In this document: positions 15,497 to 24,930 of the stretch, piece after piece
Layout of the letters: every line of letters starts with the position of its first letter
Numbering within the stretch: the first letter of the stretch is position 1
Source: Ferrovibrio sp.
Lineage (GTDB): Bacteria > Pseudomonadota > Alphaproteobacteria > Ferrovibrionales > Ferrovibrionaceae
Direction of reading: 5' to 3'
Assembly (NCBI RefSeq): GCF_046297595.1
Contig: NZ_JBKBHT010000005.1
Span: forward strand, 145,179 to 177,178
Length of the DNA stretch: 32,000 bases
Translations under genes and position numbers: made by a program
The notes under the pieces: generated by a model
Databases searched by the model: none
The model's input: only the letters and a program-made list of their open reading frames with translations
What the model was told of the DNA's origin: nothing

Positions 15497-17931
15497 GGCT
15501 TGCTCTCCAGGTTGGTGAGGTTGGGAATGAGGTCGGACGCCCAGGCGACGCCACGCAACCGCAGCCAGGCCGGCAGGAAGCCCTCGCGGCCATGCTCGGC
15601 GATAGTGCGCTCGATGGCGGCCTGGTCGGTCTTCGACGAGGCGGCGCACAGCGCCAACGCAACGTCGGATAGGCCGAGCTCGAACAGCCGGTTGCCGCGG
15701 CGGGACTGGCAGTAATAGTCGCGCTTGGGCATCGCGCGGGCGAGGATCTCGATCTGGCGGTCGTTGAGGCCGAAGCGCCGGTAGATCGCGGTGATCTGCG
15801 GTTCGATCGCGCGTTCGTTCGGCAACAGGAGCCTGGTCTGGCAGCTCTCGATGATGGCGGGCGCAATCGCCGAACCGTCGATGTCGGAGAGCGACTGGGT
15901 GGCGAAGACGACGGAGGCGTTCTTCTTGCGCAGCGTCTTCAGCCATTCGCGGAGTTGACCGGCGAAGCCCTCGTCGTCGAGCGCCAGCCAGCCTTCGTCA
16001 ACGATGAGCAGCGTGGGGCTGCCATCCAGGCGATCCGCGATGCGATGGAACAGGTAGGCGAGCACGGCCGGTGCCGCGCCAGTTCCGATCAAGCCCTCGG
16101 TCTCGAACGCTTGGACCGAGGCTGCGCCAAGGTGCTCGCTTTCGGCGTCGAGCAGCCGGCCATAGGCGCCGCCGACGCAATATGGTCGTAGCGCCTGCTT
16201 GAGGTCATTCGATTGAAGGAGGACGGCAAGCCCGGTGATGGTGCGCTCGCCAACAGGCGCGCTCGCGAGCGAGGTCAGCGCCGTCCAGATATATTCCTTC
16301 ACCTCCGGCGAGATCGTCACGCCCTCGTGCATCAGGATCGCGACGATCCAGTCGGCGGCCCAGGCGCGTTCCGGCACGTCGTGGATACGGCTAAGCGGTT
16401 GCAGCGACACGCTGTCGTCCGCGCCTTCGGTCAGTCCGCCGCCGAGATCGTGCCAATCGCCGCCCATGGCGAGCGCCGCCGCGCGGATCGAGCCGCCAAA
16501 ATCGAAGGCGAAAACCTGCGAGCCCGAATAACGCCGGAACTGAAGCGCCATTAGCGCCAACAGCACGGACTTGCCGGCGCCGGTCGGCCCGACGACGAGC
16601 GTGTGACCGACGTCGCCGACATGAAGGGAAAACCGGAACGGGGTTGACCCTTCGGTTTTGCCGAACAGCAAGGGGGGCGCACCGAAATGCTCATCCCGTT
16701 CCGGCCCCGCCCACACCGCCGACAGCGGGATCATGTGGGCGAGATTGAGCGTCGAGATCGGCGGTTGCCGGACGTTGGCGTAAACATGGCCGGGCAGCGA
16801 CCCGAGCCAGGCGTCGGCGGCGTTGATCGTCTCCGCCATCGCGGTGAAGTCGCGGCCCTGAACGATCTTCTCCACCAAGCGCAGCTTCTCGGCTGCGATG
16901 CGTGGATCGGCGTCCCAGACGGCGACCGTCGCGGTGACATAGGCCTGGCCGGCATAGTCGGCGCCGAGCTCCTGGAGCGCGAGATCGGCATCGGCCGCCT
17001 TGTTCGCCGCGTCGGTATCGATCAGCGCCGAGGCCTCGTTGGTCATCACCTCCTTGAGGATCGCGGCGATCGACTTGCGCTTGGAGAACCACTGCCGCCG
17101 GATCTTGGTGAGCAGCTTGGTGGCGTCGGTCTTGTCCAGAAGGACGGCGCGCGTCGACCAGCGATACGGAAAGGCGAGCCGATTGAGGTCGTCGAGCAGA
17201 CCGGGCGTGGTCGCGGTCGGGAAGCCGACGATCGTCAAGATACGCAAGTGGGCGTCGCCCAGGCGCGGTTCCAGCCCGCCGGTGAGCGGTTGATCGGCCA
17301 GCAGCGCATCGAGATATATCGGCGTCTCAGGCACGCGCACGCGATGGCGTTTCGTCGAGACGGTCGAATGGAGATAGGTCAGCGTCTCGCCGTCATCGAG
17401 CCAGGCGCATTCCGGCATGAAATTCTCGATGAGCTGGAGCACGCGGTCGGTGCGATCAGCGAAGCCGCGCAACGCCTCGTAAGGGTCGATGCCGTTCTCG
17501 GCCTTGCCTTCATAGAGCCAGCTCTCGGCGCGGGCGGCGTCCTCCGCTGGCGGCAGATAGACGAAGGTCAGGAAATAGCTGGACTCGAAATGCGAGGCGT
17601 CTTCCTCGAAATCCGCCTTGCGTTCGGCGTCGACCAGGGCGGACGCGGCGTCGGGAAAGCGGCCCGCGGGATAGGCCCCGGCGCCATGGCGTTGCGCCTC
17701 GACGAAGATCGCCCATCCCGAGCCGAGGCGGCGGAAGGCGTTGTTCAGCCGGCCGGCCACGGCGACGAGCTCGGCGGGAACCGCAGAGTCGAGGTCGGGA
17801 CCGCGAAACCGCGCGGTGCGCTGGAAGCTCCCGTCCTTGTTGAGGACGACGCCCTCGCCCGCGAGCGCGGCCCAGGGCAGGAAGTCCGCGAGGCGGCTTG
17901 ACGTCCGTCGATATTCGGCGAGGTTCATCAT
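15493..17931 (-). CDS. trbE: conjugal transfer ATPase TrbE (VirB4 family)
   Basis: 812 aa. Walker A GPTGAGKS, Walker B LLIVDEGW, conserved QSLSD region. Confidence 0.95.
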   Translation of the reverse strand: MMNLAEYRRTSSRLADFLPWAALAGEGVVLNKDGSFQRTARFRGPDLDSAVPAELVAVAGRLNNAFRRLGSGWAIFVEAQRHGAGAYPAGRFPDAASALVDAERKADFEEDASHFESSYFLTFVYLPPAEDAARAESWLYEGKAENGIDPYEALRGFADRTDRVLQLIENFMPECAWLDDGETLTYLHSTVSTKRHRVRVPETPIYLDALLADQPLTGGLEPRLGDAHLRILTIVGFPTATTPGLLDDLNRLAFPYRWSTRAVLLDKTDATKLLTKIRRQWFSKRKSIAAILKEVMTNEASALIDTDAANKAADADLALQELGADYAGQAYVTATVAVWDADPRIAAEKLRLVEKIVQGRDFTAMAETINAADAWLGSLPGHVYANVRQPPISTLNLAHMIPLSAVWAGPERDEHFGAPPLLFGKTEGSTPFRFSLHVGDVGHTLVVGPTGAGKSVLLALMALQFRRYSGSQVFAFDFGGSIRAAALAMGGDWHDLGGGLTEGADDSVSLQPLSRIHDVPERAWAADWIVAILMHEGVTISPEVKEYIWTALTSLASAPVGERTITGLAVLLQSNDLKQALRPYCVGGAYGRLLDAESEHLGAASVQAFETEGLIGTGAAPAVLAYLFHRIADRLDGSPTLLIVDEGWLALDDEGFAGQLREWLKTLRKKNASVVFATQSLSDIDGSAIAPAIIESCQTRLLLPNERAIEPQITAIYRRFGLNDRQIEILARAMPKRDYYCQSRRGNRLFELGLSDVALALCAASSKTDQAAIERTIAEHGREGFLPAWLRLRGVAWASDLIPNLTNLESKP

Positions 17932-17940
17932 GGGCCCACC

Positions 17941-18222
17941 TCAGACGTTCAGATGGCCGGGAATGCGCAGGTGGCGGCGCACGACATCGACGAATTGCGG
18001 ATCGCGTTTGGCCGCCCACACGGCCGCGAAATGGCCGATCGCCCAGAGCCCGAGACCGACCAGCCAGAGGCGCAGGCCGAGGCCGAGCGCTGCCGCCAGC
18101 GTGCCGTTGAGGATGGCGATCGAACGTGGCGCGCCGCCGAGCAGGATGTGCTCGGTGAGCGCGCGATGGACCGGGACGGCGTAGCCCGGTACTTCGCCGG
18201 CGCTGTCGATCAGGCTCGCCAT
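17941..18222 (-). CDS. trbD: conjugal transfer protein TrbD (VirB3 family)
   Basis: 93 aa from ATG 18222 (1-nt overlap with the trbC stop). PVHRALTEHILLGGAPR motif and two TM segments. Confidence 0.9.
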   Translation of the reverse strand: MASLIDSAGEVPGYAVPVHRALTEHILLGGAPRSIAILNGTLAAALGLGLRLWLVGLGLWAIGHFAAVWAAKRDPQFVDVVRRHLRIPGHLNV

Positions 18223-18554
18223 CAGACGAGCGCTCCACCGCCGAAGGAGAAGAAGGACAGGAAGAAGCTCGACGCGGCGAAGGCGATCGACAGGCCGAAG
18301 ACGATCTGGATCAGCTTCCTTGCGCCGCCTGATGTATCGCCGAAGGCGAGTGTTAGACCTGTGATGATGATGATCATCACAGCGATGATCTTGGCCACAG
18401 GTCCCTCGATCGATTCGAGGATGGACTGCAGCGGCGCTTCCCAAGGCATGGACGAGCCGGAAGCATATGCGGCGGGCGCCATCATCATGCTGACGAAGGC
18501 GACGGCCGCCGCCGTCGAGATATGGCGGCGGAAGCGCAGGCAATGACGATTCAT
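18222..18554 (-). CDS. trbC: TrbC/VirB2-family pilin precursor
   Basis: 110 aa from ATG 18554 (ATGA overlap with the trbB stop). Long signal peptide ending AYA/SG and two hydrophobic helices. Confidence 0.9.
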   Translation of the reverse strand: MNRHCLRFRRHISTAAAVAFVSMMMAPAAYASGSSMPWEAPLQSILESIEGPVAKIIAVMIIIITGLTLAFGDTSGGARKLIQIVFGLSIAFAASSFFLSFFSFGGGALV

Positions 18555-19534
18555 GGGAGATCTCCTGAGAGGGGCTGGGTTGTGGGGGTGACGCGGTAGT
18601 CGCCGTCCGGCTTGAGACCCTCGACGCGGGCGAGTTCGGCGAGGCGACGGGTCGAGCCTCGGCCGCTGAGCACCGCGACGAGATCGATGGTCTCGGCGAT
18701 CAGCGCGCGGGGGACGGTGACGACAGCTTCCTGGATGAGCTGTTCGAGGCGGCGCAGCGCGCCGAGCGCGGTGCCGGCATGGATCGTGCCGATACCGCCG
18801 GGGTGGCCCGTGCCCCATGCTTTGAGGAGATCGAGCGCTTCGGAGCCGCGCACCTCGCCGATCGGGATGCGGTCGGGACGCAGGCGAAGGGAGGAGCGGA
18901 CGAGATCGGAGAGCGAGGCGACGCCGTCCTTGGTGCGCATCGCGACGAGGTTCGGCGCGGCGCATTGCAGTTCGCGCGTGTCCTCGATCAGCACGATGCG
19001 GTCGGAGGTCTTCGACACCTCGGCGAGCAGCGCATTGGTGAGCGTGGTCTTGCCGGTGGAGGTGCCGCCTGCGACGAGAATGTTGCGCCGGTCGGCGACG
19101 GCCTGACGAAGGATCGCGGCCTGGTCGGCTGACATGATCTCGGCCGCGACGTAGTCGGCCAGCGTGAAGACCGCGACGGCTGGCTTGCGGATCGCGAAGG
19201 CCGGAGCTGCTACGACGGGCGGCAGCAGACCTTCGAACCGCTCTCCCGTTTCGGGCAACTCAGCAGAGACGCGCGGGCGACCGGAGTGAACCTCGGCGCC
19301 GACATGGTGCGCGACCAGGCGCACGATGCGCTCGCCATCGGCTGCGGACAGGCGCTCTCCCGTATCGGAAAGTCCCCCGGATAGGCGGTCGATCCAGAGC
19401 CGCCCGTCGGGATTGAGCATCACCTCGACGATCGACGGGTCTTCCAGGAATCCTGCGATGGCGGGGCCGAGAGCGGTGCGCAACATGCGCGCGCCGCGAA
19501 GTATCGCCTCGGATTGCTGGTGAGAAACCGCCAT
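18551..19534 (-). CDS. trbB: conjugal transfer ATPase TrbB (VirB11 family)
   Basis: 327 aa from ATG 19534. Walker [10 protein letters not shown], Asp box LIEDTRE, His box [11 protein letters not shown]. Confidence 0.95.
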   Translation of the reverse strand: MAVSHQQSEAILRGARMLRTALGPAIAGFLEDPSIVEVMLNPDGRLWIDRLSGGLSDTGERLSAADGERIVRLVAHHVGAEVHSGRPRVSAELPETGERFEGLLPPVVAAPAFAIRKPAVAVFTLADYVAAEIMSADQAAILRQAVADRRNILVAGGTSTGKTTLTNALLAEVSKTSDRIVLIEDTRELQCAAPNLVAMRTKDGVASLSDLVRSSLRLRPDRIPIGEVRGSEALDLLKAWGTGHPGGIGTIHAGTALGALRRLEQLIQEAVVTVPRALIAETIDLVAVLSGRGSTRRLAELARVEGLKPDGDYRVTPTTQPLSGDLP

Positions 19535-19703
19535 GTCGTCCCCGTTCCGTGCGGGACCGCCGACAAGCGGCCCTGGATCGGGGATGAGTAGAAGAGGCAG
19601 AAGTTGGGGCGTGGCAACAACCGGAATGTGGTCGTAGCACTCTGGCGTACAAAGACAGGGGAACGGCGGAACGGATGAATACTTGCGATGCCGCGAGCGA
19701 TGA

Positions 19704-20138
19704 TTATTGCGCGTCCGCGACGCCCGACACGTCTTCCGAAATTTCCTGACGCAGCTTTGGTCCCTTGGCGAGTCGCCGGCCGAGCGCAGCGACGAAGGCG
19801 TCATATCGCTCACCTGCCTGAGCACGCGCCGCGGCCTGGGCAGGTTCCGGCAACGGCGGATTGGTCGCCAACCAGAAGCGGACGAAGACGGCCAGCATTT
19901 CGACGGAGATGCCGAGGTCGCGTTCCATTCGCGTCATGCGCCGATCGACCTGGTCGAGACGCTTGGTGGTCGCTGCTTCCTGCCGTTCGGCGGCGTCGGG
20001 CGACAGGAAGGAAGCGATGGCCGCTTCGGCAATCAGGGAGCGTGATTGGTCACGCCGTGCGGCATAGACCGCCAGCGCCTTCATGACGTCTGGGTCGAGA
20101 TAGACCGACAGGCGCTGCTTCTTTGATGGCTTCGTCAT
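19704..20138 (-). CDS. ribbon-helix-helix (CopG-family) regulator located between traG and trbB
   Basis: 144 aa from ATG 20138. N-terminal RHH pattern KKQRLSVYLDPDVMKALAVYAARRDQSRSLIAEAAIASFL. Conserved position in this element family. Confidence 0.7.
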   Translation of the reverse strand: MTKPSKKQRLSVYLDPDVMKALAVYAARRDQSRSLIAEAAIASFLSPDAAERQEAATTKRLDQVDRRMTRMERDLGISVEMLAVFVRFWLATNPPLPEPAQAAARAQAGERYDAFVAALGRRLAKGPKLRQEISEDVSGVADAQ

Positions 20139-20145
20139 CGGCGCC

Positions 20146-22134
20146 TCACAGGTCCATGCCGTCATTGGGGTCGAGCGAGACCTGTCGGGCGACGCCCTGC
20201 ATGACCTGGTTCATCCGGCTCATCCGGGCGCTGTCGTCTTCCTCGTCGTCGCCGAAATCGGCCGCGAACTCGTTGTCGATCGGCGCCTTCTTCTCGACGG
20301 TCCCGGCCTTGTTCAGCTCGGGCTGGTGGCGGCGTTCAGAGCCGGTCGGATCCTCGTCGTCGCCCTGGCCATCTTTTGCGCCGGCGCCCTCGATCTCCAG
20401 CCGCGGCGGCAGCGGCATCTTGCTCCAGTCGTCCGGCTTTGCCGCCGCTGTCTTTGCCAGCGCCGGCGGTGGCAGGATGCGTTCCTGAAACCGACGATCC
20501 TCGAAGTAGCGGGCCTTCTTCGCCCGGATCGGCGGCGTACCCGCCACCATGATGATCTCGTCCGCAGGTGGGAGCTGCATGACCTCGCCGGGCGTCAGCA
20601 GCGGCCGCGCGGTCTCAGAGCGCGAGACCATCAGATGGCCGAGCCAGGGACTGAGTCTGTGCCCGGCATAGTTCCGCATCGCCCGCATCTCGGTCGCGGT
20701 GCCGAGCGCATCGGAGACGCGCTTGGCCGTCCGCTCGTCATTGGTTGCGAAGCTGACGCGCACATGGCAGTTGTCGAGGATCGAATTGTTCGGCCCATAG
20801 GCCTTCTCGATCTGGTTCAGCGACTGCGCGATCAGGAAGCTCTTCAGGCCGTAGCCGGCCATGAACGCCAGAGCGGACTCGAAGAAGTCGAGGCGGCCGA
20901 GTGCCGGGAACTCGTCGAGCATGAGGAGCAGCCGGTGCCGCCCGCCCTTGGCCTGCAGATCCTCGGTCAATCGCCGGCCGACCTGATTGAGGATCAGCCG
21001 GATCAGCGGCTTGGTGCGCGCGATGTCGGAGGGCGGGACCACAAGGTAGAGCGTCGACGGCCGCACGCCGCCGACGATGTCGGTGATGCGCCAGTCGCAG
21101 CGGCGCGTGACGGCCGCCACGACCGGGTCGCGGTAGAGCCCGAGAAAGGACATGGCGGTCGACAGCACGCCCGAGCGCTCGTTGTCCGATTTGTTCAGCA
21201 GTTCCCGGGCGGCGGAGGCTATGACCGGGTGGGGTCCGGCCGCGCCGAGATGGGCGGTCTTCATCATGGCGGCGAGCGTCGACTCGATCGGCCGCTTCGG
21301 ATCGGACAGGAAGGCGGCGACGCCTGCGAGCGTCTTGTCGGCCTCGGCATAGAGGACGTGGAGGATGGCCCCCACGAGGAGCGCGTGGCTAGTCTTCTCC
21401 CAGTGATTCCGCTTTTCCAGCGACCCTTCGGGATCGACGAGGATGTCGGCGATGTTCTGAACGTCGCGAACTTCCCATTCACCGCGACGGACTTCGAGCA
21501 GCGGATTGTAGGCGGCCGACTTCGCGTTGGTCGGGTCGAAGAGCAGCACCCGGCCATGCCGCGCGCGGAAGCCGGCGGTGAGCTGCCAGTTCTCGCCCTT
21601 GATGTCGTGGACGATGGCTGAGCCCGGCCAGGTCAAGAGCGACGGCACCACGAGGCCGACGCCCTTGCCGGAACGGGTCGGCGCGAAGCAGAGCACATGC
21701 TCGGGTCCGTCGTGGCGGAGATAGGTGCGATCGAGCTTGCCGAGCACGACGCCGTCGGGTCCGAGCAGCCCAGCGGATTTAACCTCGTCGGGTCGGGCCC
21801 AGCGCGCGGAGCCGTAGGTCTCGACGTTCTTGGCCTCGCGGGCTCGCCAGACCGACATGCCGATCGCGACCGCGATCGCGATGAAGCCGCCGGATGCGGC
21901 GATGTATGCGCCCTCGACGAAAATCGGCGGCGCGTAGGCATCGTAGAGGTACCACCACCAAAAGAAGGCGGGCGGATAGTAGATGGGCCAGCCGAACAGC
22001 TCGAACCATGGCCGACCGAGTTGCGGCTGGAAGCCGAGCTGCCAGGCCGTCCACTGCGTCGCGGACCAGGTTGTGACGAGCACGATCAGGAATACGGCGA
22101 GGATCTGGCCCCAGAGAATCTTGGTGGCGGACAT
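20146..22134 (-). CDS. traG: type IV coupling protein TraG (VirD4 family)
   Basis: 662 aa from ATG 22134. Two N-terminal TM segments, Walker A FAPTRSGKGVG, Walker B LLLMLDEFPALG. Confidence 0.95.
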   Translation of the reverse strand: MSATKILWGQILAVFLIVLVTTWSATQWTAWQLGFQPQLGRPWFELFGWPIYYPPAFFWWWYLYDAYAPPIFVEGAYIAASGGFIAIAVAIGMSVWRAREAKNVETYGSARWARPDEVKSAGLLGPDGVVLGKLDRTYLRHDGPEHVLCFAPTRSGKGVGLVVPSLLTWPGSAIVHDIKGENWQLTAGFRARHGRVLLFDPTNAKSAAYNPLLEVRRGEWEVRDVQNIADILVDPEGSLEKRNHWEKTSHALLVGAILHVLYAEADKTLAGVAAFLSDPKRPIESTLAAMMKTAHLGAAGPHPVIASAARELLNKSDNERSGVLSTAMSFLGLYRDPVVAAVTRRCDWRITDIVGGVRPSTLYLVVPPSDIARTKPLIRLILNQVGRRLTEDLQAKGGRHRLLLMLDEFPALGRLDFFESALAFMAGYGLKSFLIAQSLNQIEKAYGPNNSILDNCHVRVSFATNDERTAKRVSDALGTATEMRAMRNYAGHRLSPWLGHLMVSRSETARPLLTPGEVMQLPPADEIIMVAGTPPIRAKKARYFEDRRFQERILPPPALAKTAAAKPDDWSKMPLPPRLEIEGAGAKDGQGDDEDPTGSERRHQPELNKAGTVEKKAPIDNEFAADFGDDEEDDSARMSRMNQVMQGVARQVSLDPNDGMDL

Positions 22135-22165
22135 TGCGGGGTCCTTTCTTCGTGAGGAGTGGTGG

Positions 22166-23905
22166 TCACAGGCCGAGCCCCCGCTTGCGGCCAAAGCTCC
22201 AGTCGATGCCGCCGTCGCCGCGCGCGAGGCCGGAGACATGGCGGCCGAGCTGCTTTTCGAGTGAGGGGGACCAGGGCACGAGCTGGAAGCCGAGGCCGTC
22301 GTCGATCATCGCGAACCGGCCGGAGGCGAGCGCGAAGCGCTGCCGGTAGGTGCCGGAGACATATTCGCCGGTCGAAGCGCGCGTCAGCGGCCGTCCGCTC
22401 TCCGACGCCAGCTTTTCTCCGAGCGCGTCCAGTTCGCGCCGGCGCAGGGTCTCGATAAGATTGCGGCTGAAGCTGACTCCGCGGCCCTGACGTTCGGCGA
22501 GGCCTTGCCCGATTAGATGTTCGGCGCGGCGGTTCATCGCCCCGCGCACCTCCGCGCCGAAGCCGCCACCACCGAGGGCGACCGGTTCGCGGGCAATAGC
22601 CTGACGGTCGAGCCAGGTGGCGCCGGTCGCTGTAATCTGCCGCTCGATCGAGAGGTCCGAGCGGACCGCCAGCGCCACGCGCCGCCGGCCCTGGGCGTCG
22701 TCGAACTTGCGCAGTTCGACGATCGAGCCCGGCGTGCTGTCGCCGGCGGCATCGAGATCGGGCAGCTTGATGTAGTGGGTGCGCCCGTCGGCGCCATCGA
22801 CCACGGCATAGGCCGTGCCCTTCAGCTCGTCGTCAAGGCCACGAGCGACCAACCGGCCGACGACGGGATCGTCCAGGCTCTCGCCGGCAAGCACATAATT
22901 GGCCGCGCCACGCTCGATGCCCCGCTCGGCCAGGCCGCGATGAATGCGCTTGATGATGTCGCCGCGTTCGCCCAGCTCGCGCAGCGTCGCCTCAGCGTTC
23001 TCCGACATGGTCCATTGGCCGGGACCGATCTGGCTGGCGAGACCGAGCGATTCCAGCTTGCGTAGTCGCCCGACCTTGAGCGCATGGAACTCGTCGGGTT
23101 GGCGGTCGGGATACGGCGCGAGATCGATGACGCCGGTGCGGGTGCTGTCGCGCGCGAGCTGCCGGTCGAGGTTGGTCCAACGCTCGGCGGCTATCTGGCG
23201 TTCGAGCGTGCGGCGGATCTCCTGATCGGTGCGGGGGCCGAGCTCCTGGGTGATCAGGTCGCGCGCCCGATCGCGCATGCCCTCCTTGATGTAGTCGCGC
23301 GAGATAACGAGGTTCTCGCCGTCCTCGCGCACGCCACGCACGATCAGGTGGACGTGCGGATGCCCGGTGTTCCAATGATCGACGCCGACCCAATCGAGCT
23401 TCGTGCCGAGGTCCCTTTCCATCTGTCCGACGAGGTCGCGGGCGAAGGACTTGAGGTCGGACATCTCCAAGGCGTCGTCGGGCGAGACGATGAACCGGAA
23501 ATGATGCCGGTCATCCTCGCACCGCTCCGCGAACGCCTGTCGATCGGCGTCGTCCGTGCCGGGGCCGAACAGCCGGGCCTTCTCTCCGTCCCGGGTGACG
23601 CCCTCGCGGCTTAGATAGCTGAGGTGGGTCGCGAGCGGCGCGCTCCGTCCGCCGTGACGGACGACACGCGCCTTGACGACGGCGCCGCGCGAGCGGAACG
23701 TGATGAACCGGTTTGCCTGCACCGATGCGCGCTGGCCTCGGCCGAACCGGGAGCGGTGATTCGGCCCGATCGTCCCCTTGCGGGAGACCGTTCCGCCGGC
23801 GCGCTGGGCCGCCGCCAGCGCCTGCGCGATGAAGGGTCGGGCGCGCTGCGCGCTCGTCGAGCGGATGCGGCCTGGCCGGATGCGGAAATCGTCCTCGCCG
23901 CTCAT
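22166..23905 (-). CDS. relaxase/mobilisation nuclease with DUF3363-type C-terminal domain (RlxS/VirD2-like)
   Basis: 579 aa from ATG 23905. His-triad motif HWNTGHPHVHLIVRG. Candidate catalytic Tyr region THLSYLSREG. Long C-terminal extension typical of DUF3363 relaxases. Confidence 0.9.
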   Translation of the reverse strand: MSGEDDFRIRPGRIRSTSAQRARPFIAQALAAAQRAGGTVSRKGTIGPNHRSRFGRGQRASVQANRFITFRSRGAVVKARVVRHGGRSAPLATHLSYLSREGVTRDGEKARLFGPGTDDADRQAFAERCEDDRHHFRFIVSPDDALEMSDLKSFARDLVGQMERDLGTKLDWVGVDHWNTGHPHVHLIVRGVREDGENLVISRDYIKEGMRDRARDLITQELGPRTDQEIRRTLERQIAAERWTNLDRQLARDSTRTGVIDLAPYPDRQPDEFHALKVGRLRKLESLGLASQIGPGQWTMSENAEATLRELGERGDIIKRIHRGLAERGIERGAANYVLAGESLDDPVVGRLVARGLDDELKGTAYAVVDGADGRTHYIKLPDLDAAGDSTPGSIVELRKFDDAQGRRRVALAVRSDLSIERQITATGATWLDRQAIAREPVALGGGGFGAEVRGAMNRRAEHLIGQGLAERQGRGVSFSRNLIETLRRRELDALGEKLASESGRPLTRASTGEYVSGTYRQRFALASGRFAMIDDGLGFQLVPWSPSLEKQLGRHVSGLARGDGGIDWSFGRKRGLGL

Positions 23906-24149
23906 GGTGGCGATCCCGCACATCGCGCAACGGCACTGATTTTCTTCTGAAATTGCCGAAGCCGCAGGCTGCGCCGATCAGGCGCACCTCGCGAATTCGC
24001 TGCGCAAGCCCCTGAAAAAACACGACCGAAACGAAGCGCACATCGCGCCCCTTTATCCTGCCATCGTGCGGTCGTGTTGCCTCGCTCCCCCCTCAACGCT
24101 CTCCATGATGCGCCGGGGCACGCCAGACCGCGATCCGGTCGAGGCGCCG
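23906..24149. promoter_or_regulatory. candidate oriT region (non-coding gap between lytic transglycosylase and relaxase genes)
   Basis: 244 bp with no credible ORF. Contains inverted repeats GCGCC-GATCA-GGCGC (23971-23985), the palindrome GCGAATTCGC (23991-24000), and the 11-mer GCACATCGCGC twice (23918-23928, 24038-24048). The nick-like motif is listed separately below. Confidence 0.55.
24054..24063 (+). promoter_or_regulatory. nic-site-like motif TATCCTG/CCA
   Basis: Matches the MOB-P / VirD2 nick core (RP4 ATCCTG/C; T-DNA border ATATCCTG/CCA). With this orientation the relaxase, traG and trb genes would enter the recipient last, as in RP4. Confidence 0.45.
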
Positions 24150-24926
24150 TCATCGCGGACCTCCAGCATCTGGTTGCACGACAAACAGGCCGGTGGACTG
24201 CGGCGTGATCGCGGAAACCTTGCGCAGCGGAGCCGCCGCCGGAGCGTCTTCAGAACGGCCCCCGGTCTGCGCCCGATCAGCAGAGGTCGTGCCATCGGCG
24301 CGCGCGATGAACAGCGGGGCGCGCGTCCACGCCAGCGGATCGGCAGTCGCGACAGTGACTGTTCCGGCGATCTCGCTGCCGCCGATGAGAGGTGCGAGGG
24401 CCGCGACATAGGCCCGCGTTTCCGCCGGCAACGCACGACCGTCCGCAAGATATTCGTCGTAGCGACCAGGACCGGCGTTGTAGGCCGCGAGGAAGCCCGG
24501 CGAGCCGTAGCGGTCGTGCATTTCGCGCAGGTAGGCCGCGCCTGCCAAGATGTTGTCGCGCGGGTCGTAGGGATCATTGCCGAGATTATGGCGGATGCGC
24601 AGCGCCGCCCAGGTATCGGGCATGATCTGCATGAGTCCCATCGCACCCGCTCGGGAGATCGCGCGCACATCGCCGGCGCTTTCGACGCGCATGACGGCGC
24701 GAATCCAGGCCGCCGGAACGCCGAAGCGTTGCGAGGCTTCGGTGACATAGGCGGCGATCGGATCGGCAGGATCGGTTCGCTCGACCGGCGCGCTCTGAGC
24801 CAAAGTAGCGGCCGGCATTCCGGCGCCGAAAAGCAGGCCGGAAAGGAGAAGGATGGCGAGATGCCGGGCGGCATGCGTCCGCCCGGTATCCACGAAACGC
24901 CTGCGCGGTGGGTGAAGCGTCCGCAT
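24150..24926 (-). CDS. lytic transglycosylase (SLT domain), secreted
   Basis: 258 aa from ATG 24926. Signal peptide. Catalytic VESAG, then GLMQIMP and AAYNAGPGRY motifs. Confidence 0.9.
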   Translation of the reverse strand: MRTLHPPRRRFVDTGRTHAARHLAILLLSGLLFGAGMPAATLAQSAPVERTDPADPIAAYVTEASQRFGVPAAWIRAVMRVESAGDVRAISRAGAMGLMQIMPDTWAALRIRHNLGNDPYDPRDNILAGAAYLREMHDRYGSPGFLAAYNAGPGRYDEYLADGRALPAETRAYVAALAPLIGGSEIAGTVTVATADPLAWTRAPLFIARADGTTSADRAQTGGRSEDAPAAAPLRKVSAITPQSTGLFVVQPDAGGPR

Positions 24927-24930
24927 GGCC

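Noticed and set aside
16687-17901. 404-aa plus-strand ORF antisense to trbE. Similar cases: 20326-21621 antisense to traG, 10019-10795 antisense to trbI, 25892-26614 antisense to DUF2840, 2135-2965 antisense to the EEP gene.
   Set aside because: Antisense shadow ORFs with low-complexity Arg/Gly/Asp composition. The sense-strand genes carry Walker and other diagnostic motifs.
23902-24153. 83-aa minus-strand ORF inside the candidate oriT gap (possible relaxase accessory protein)
   Set aside because: Cys/Arg-rich and not protein-like, with no SD. It overlaps the relaxase start and the transglycosylase stop.
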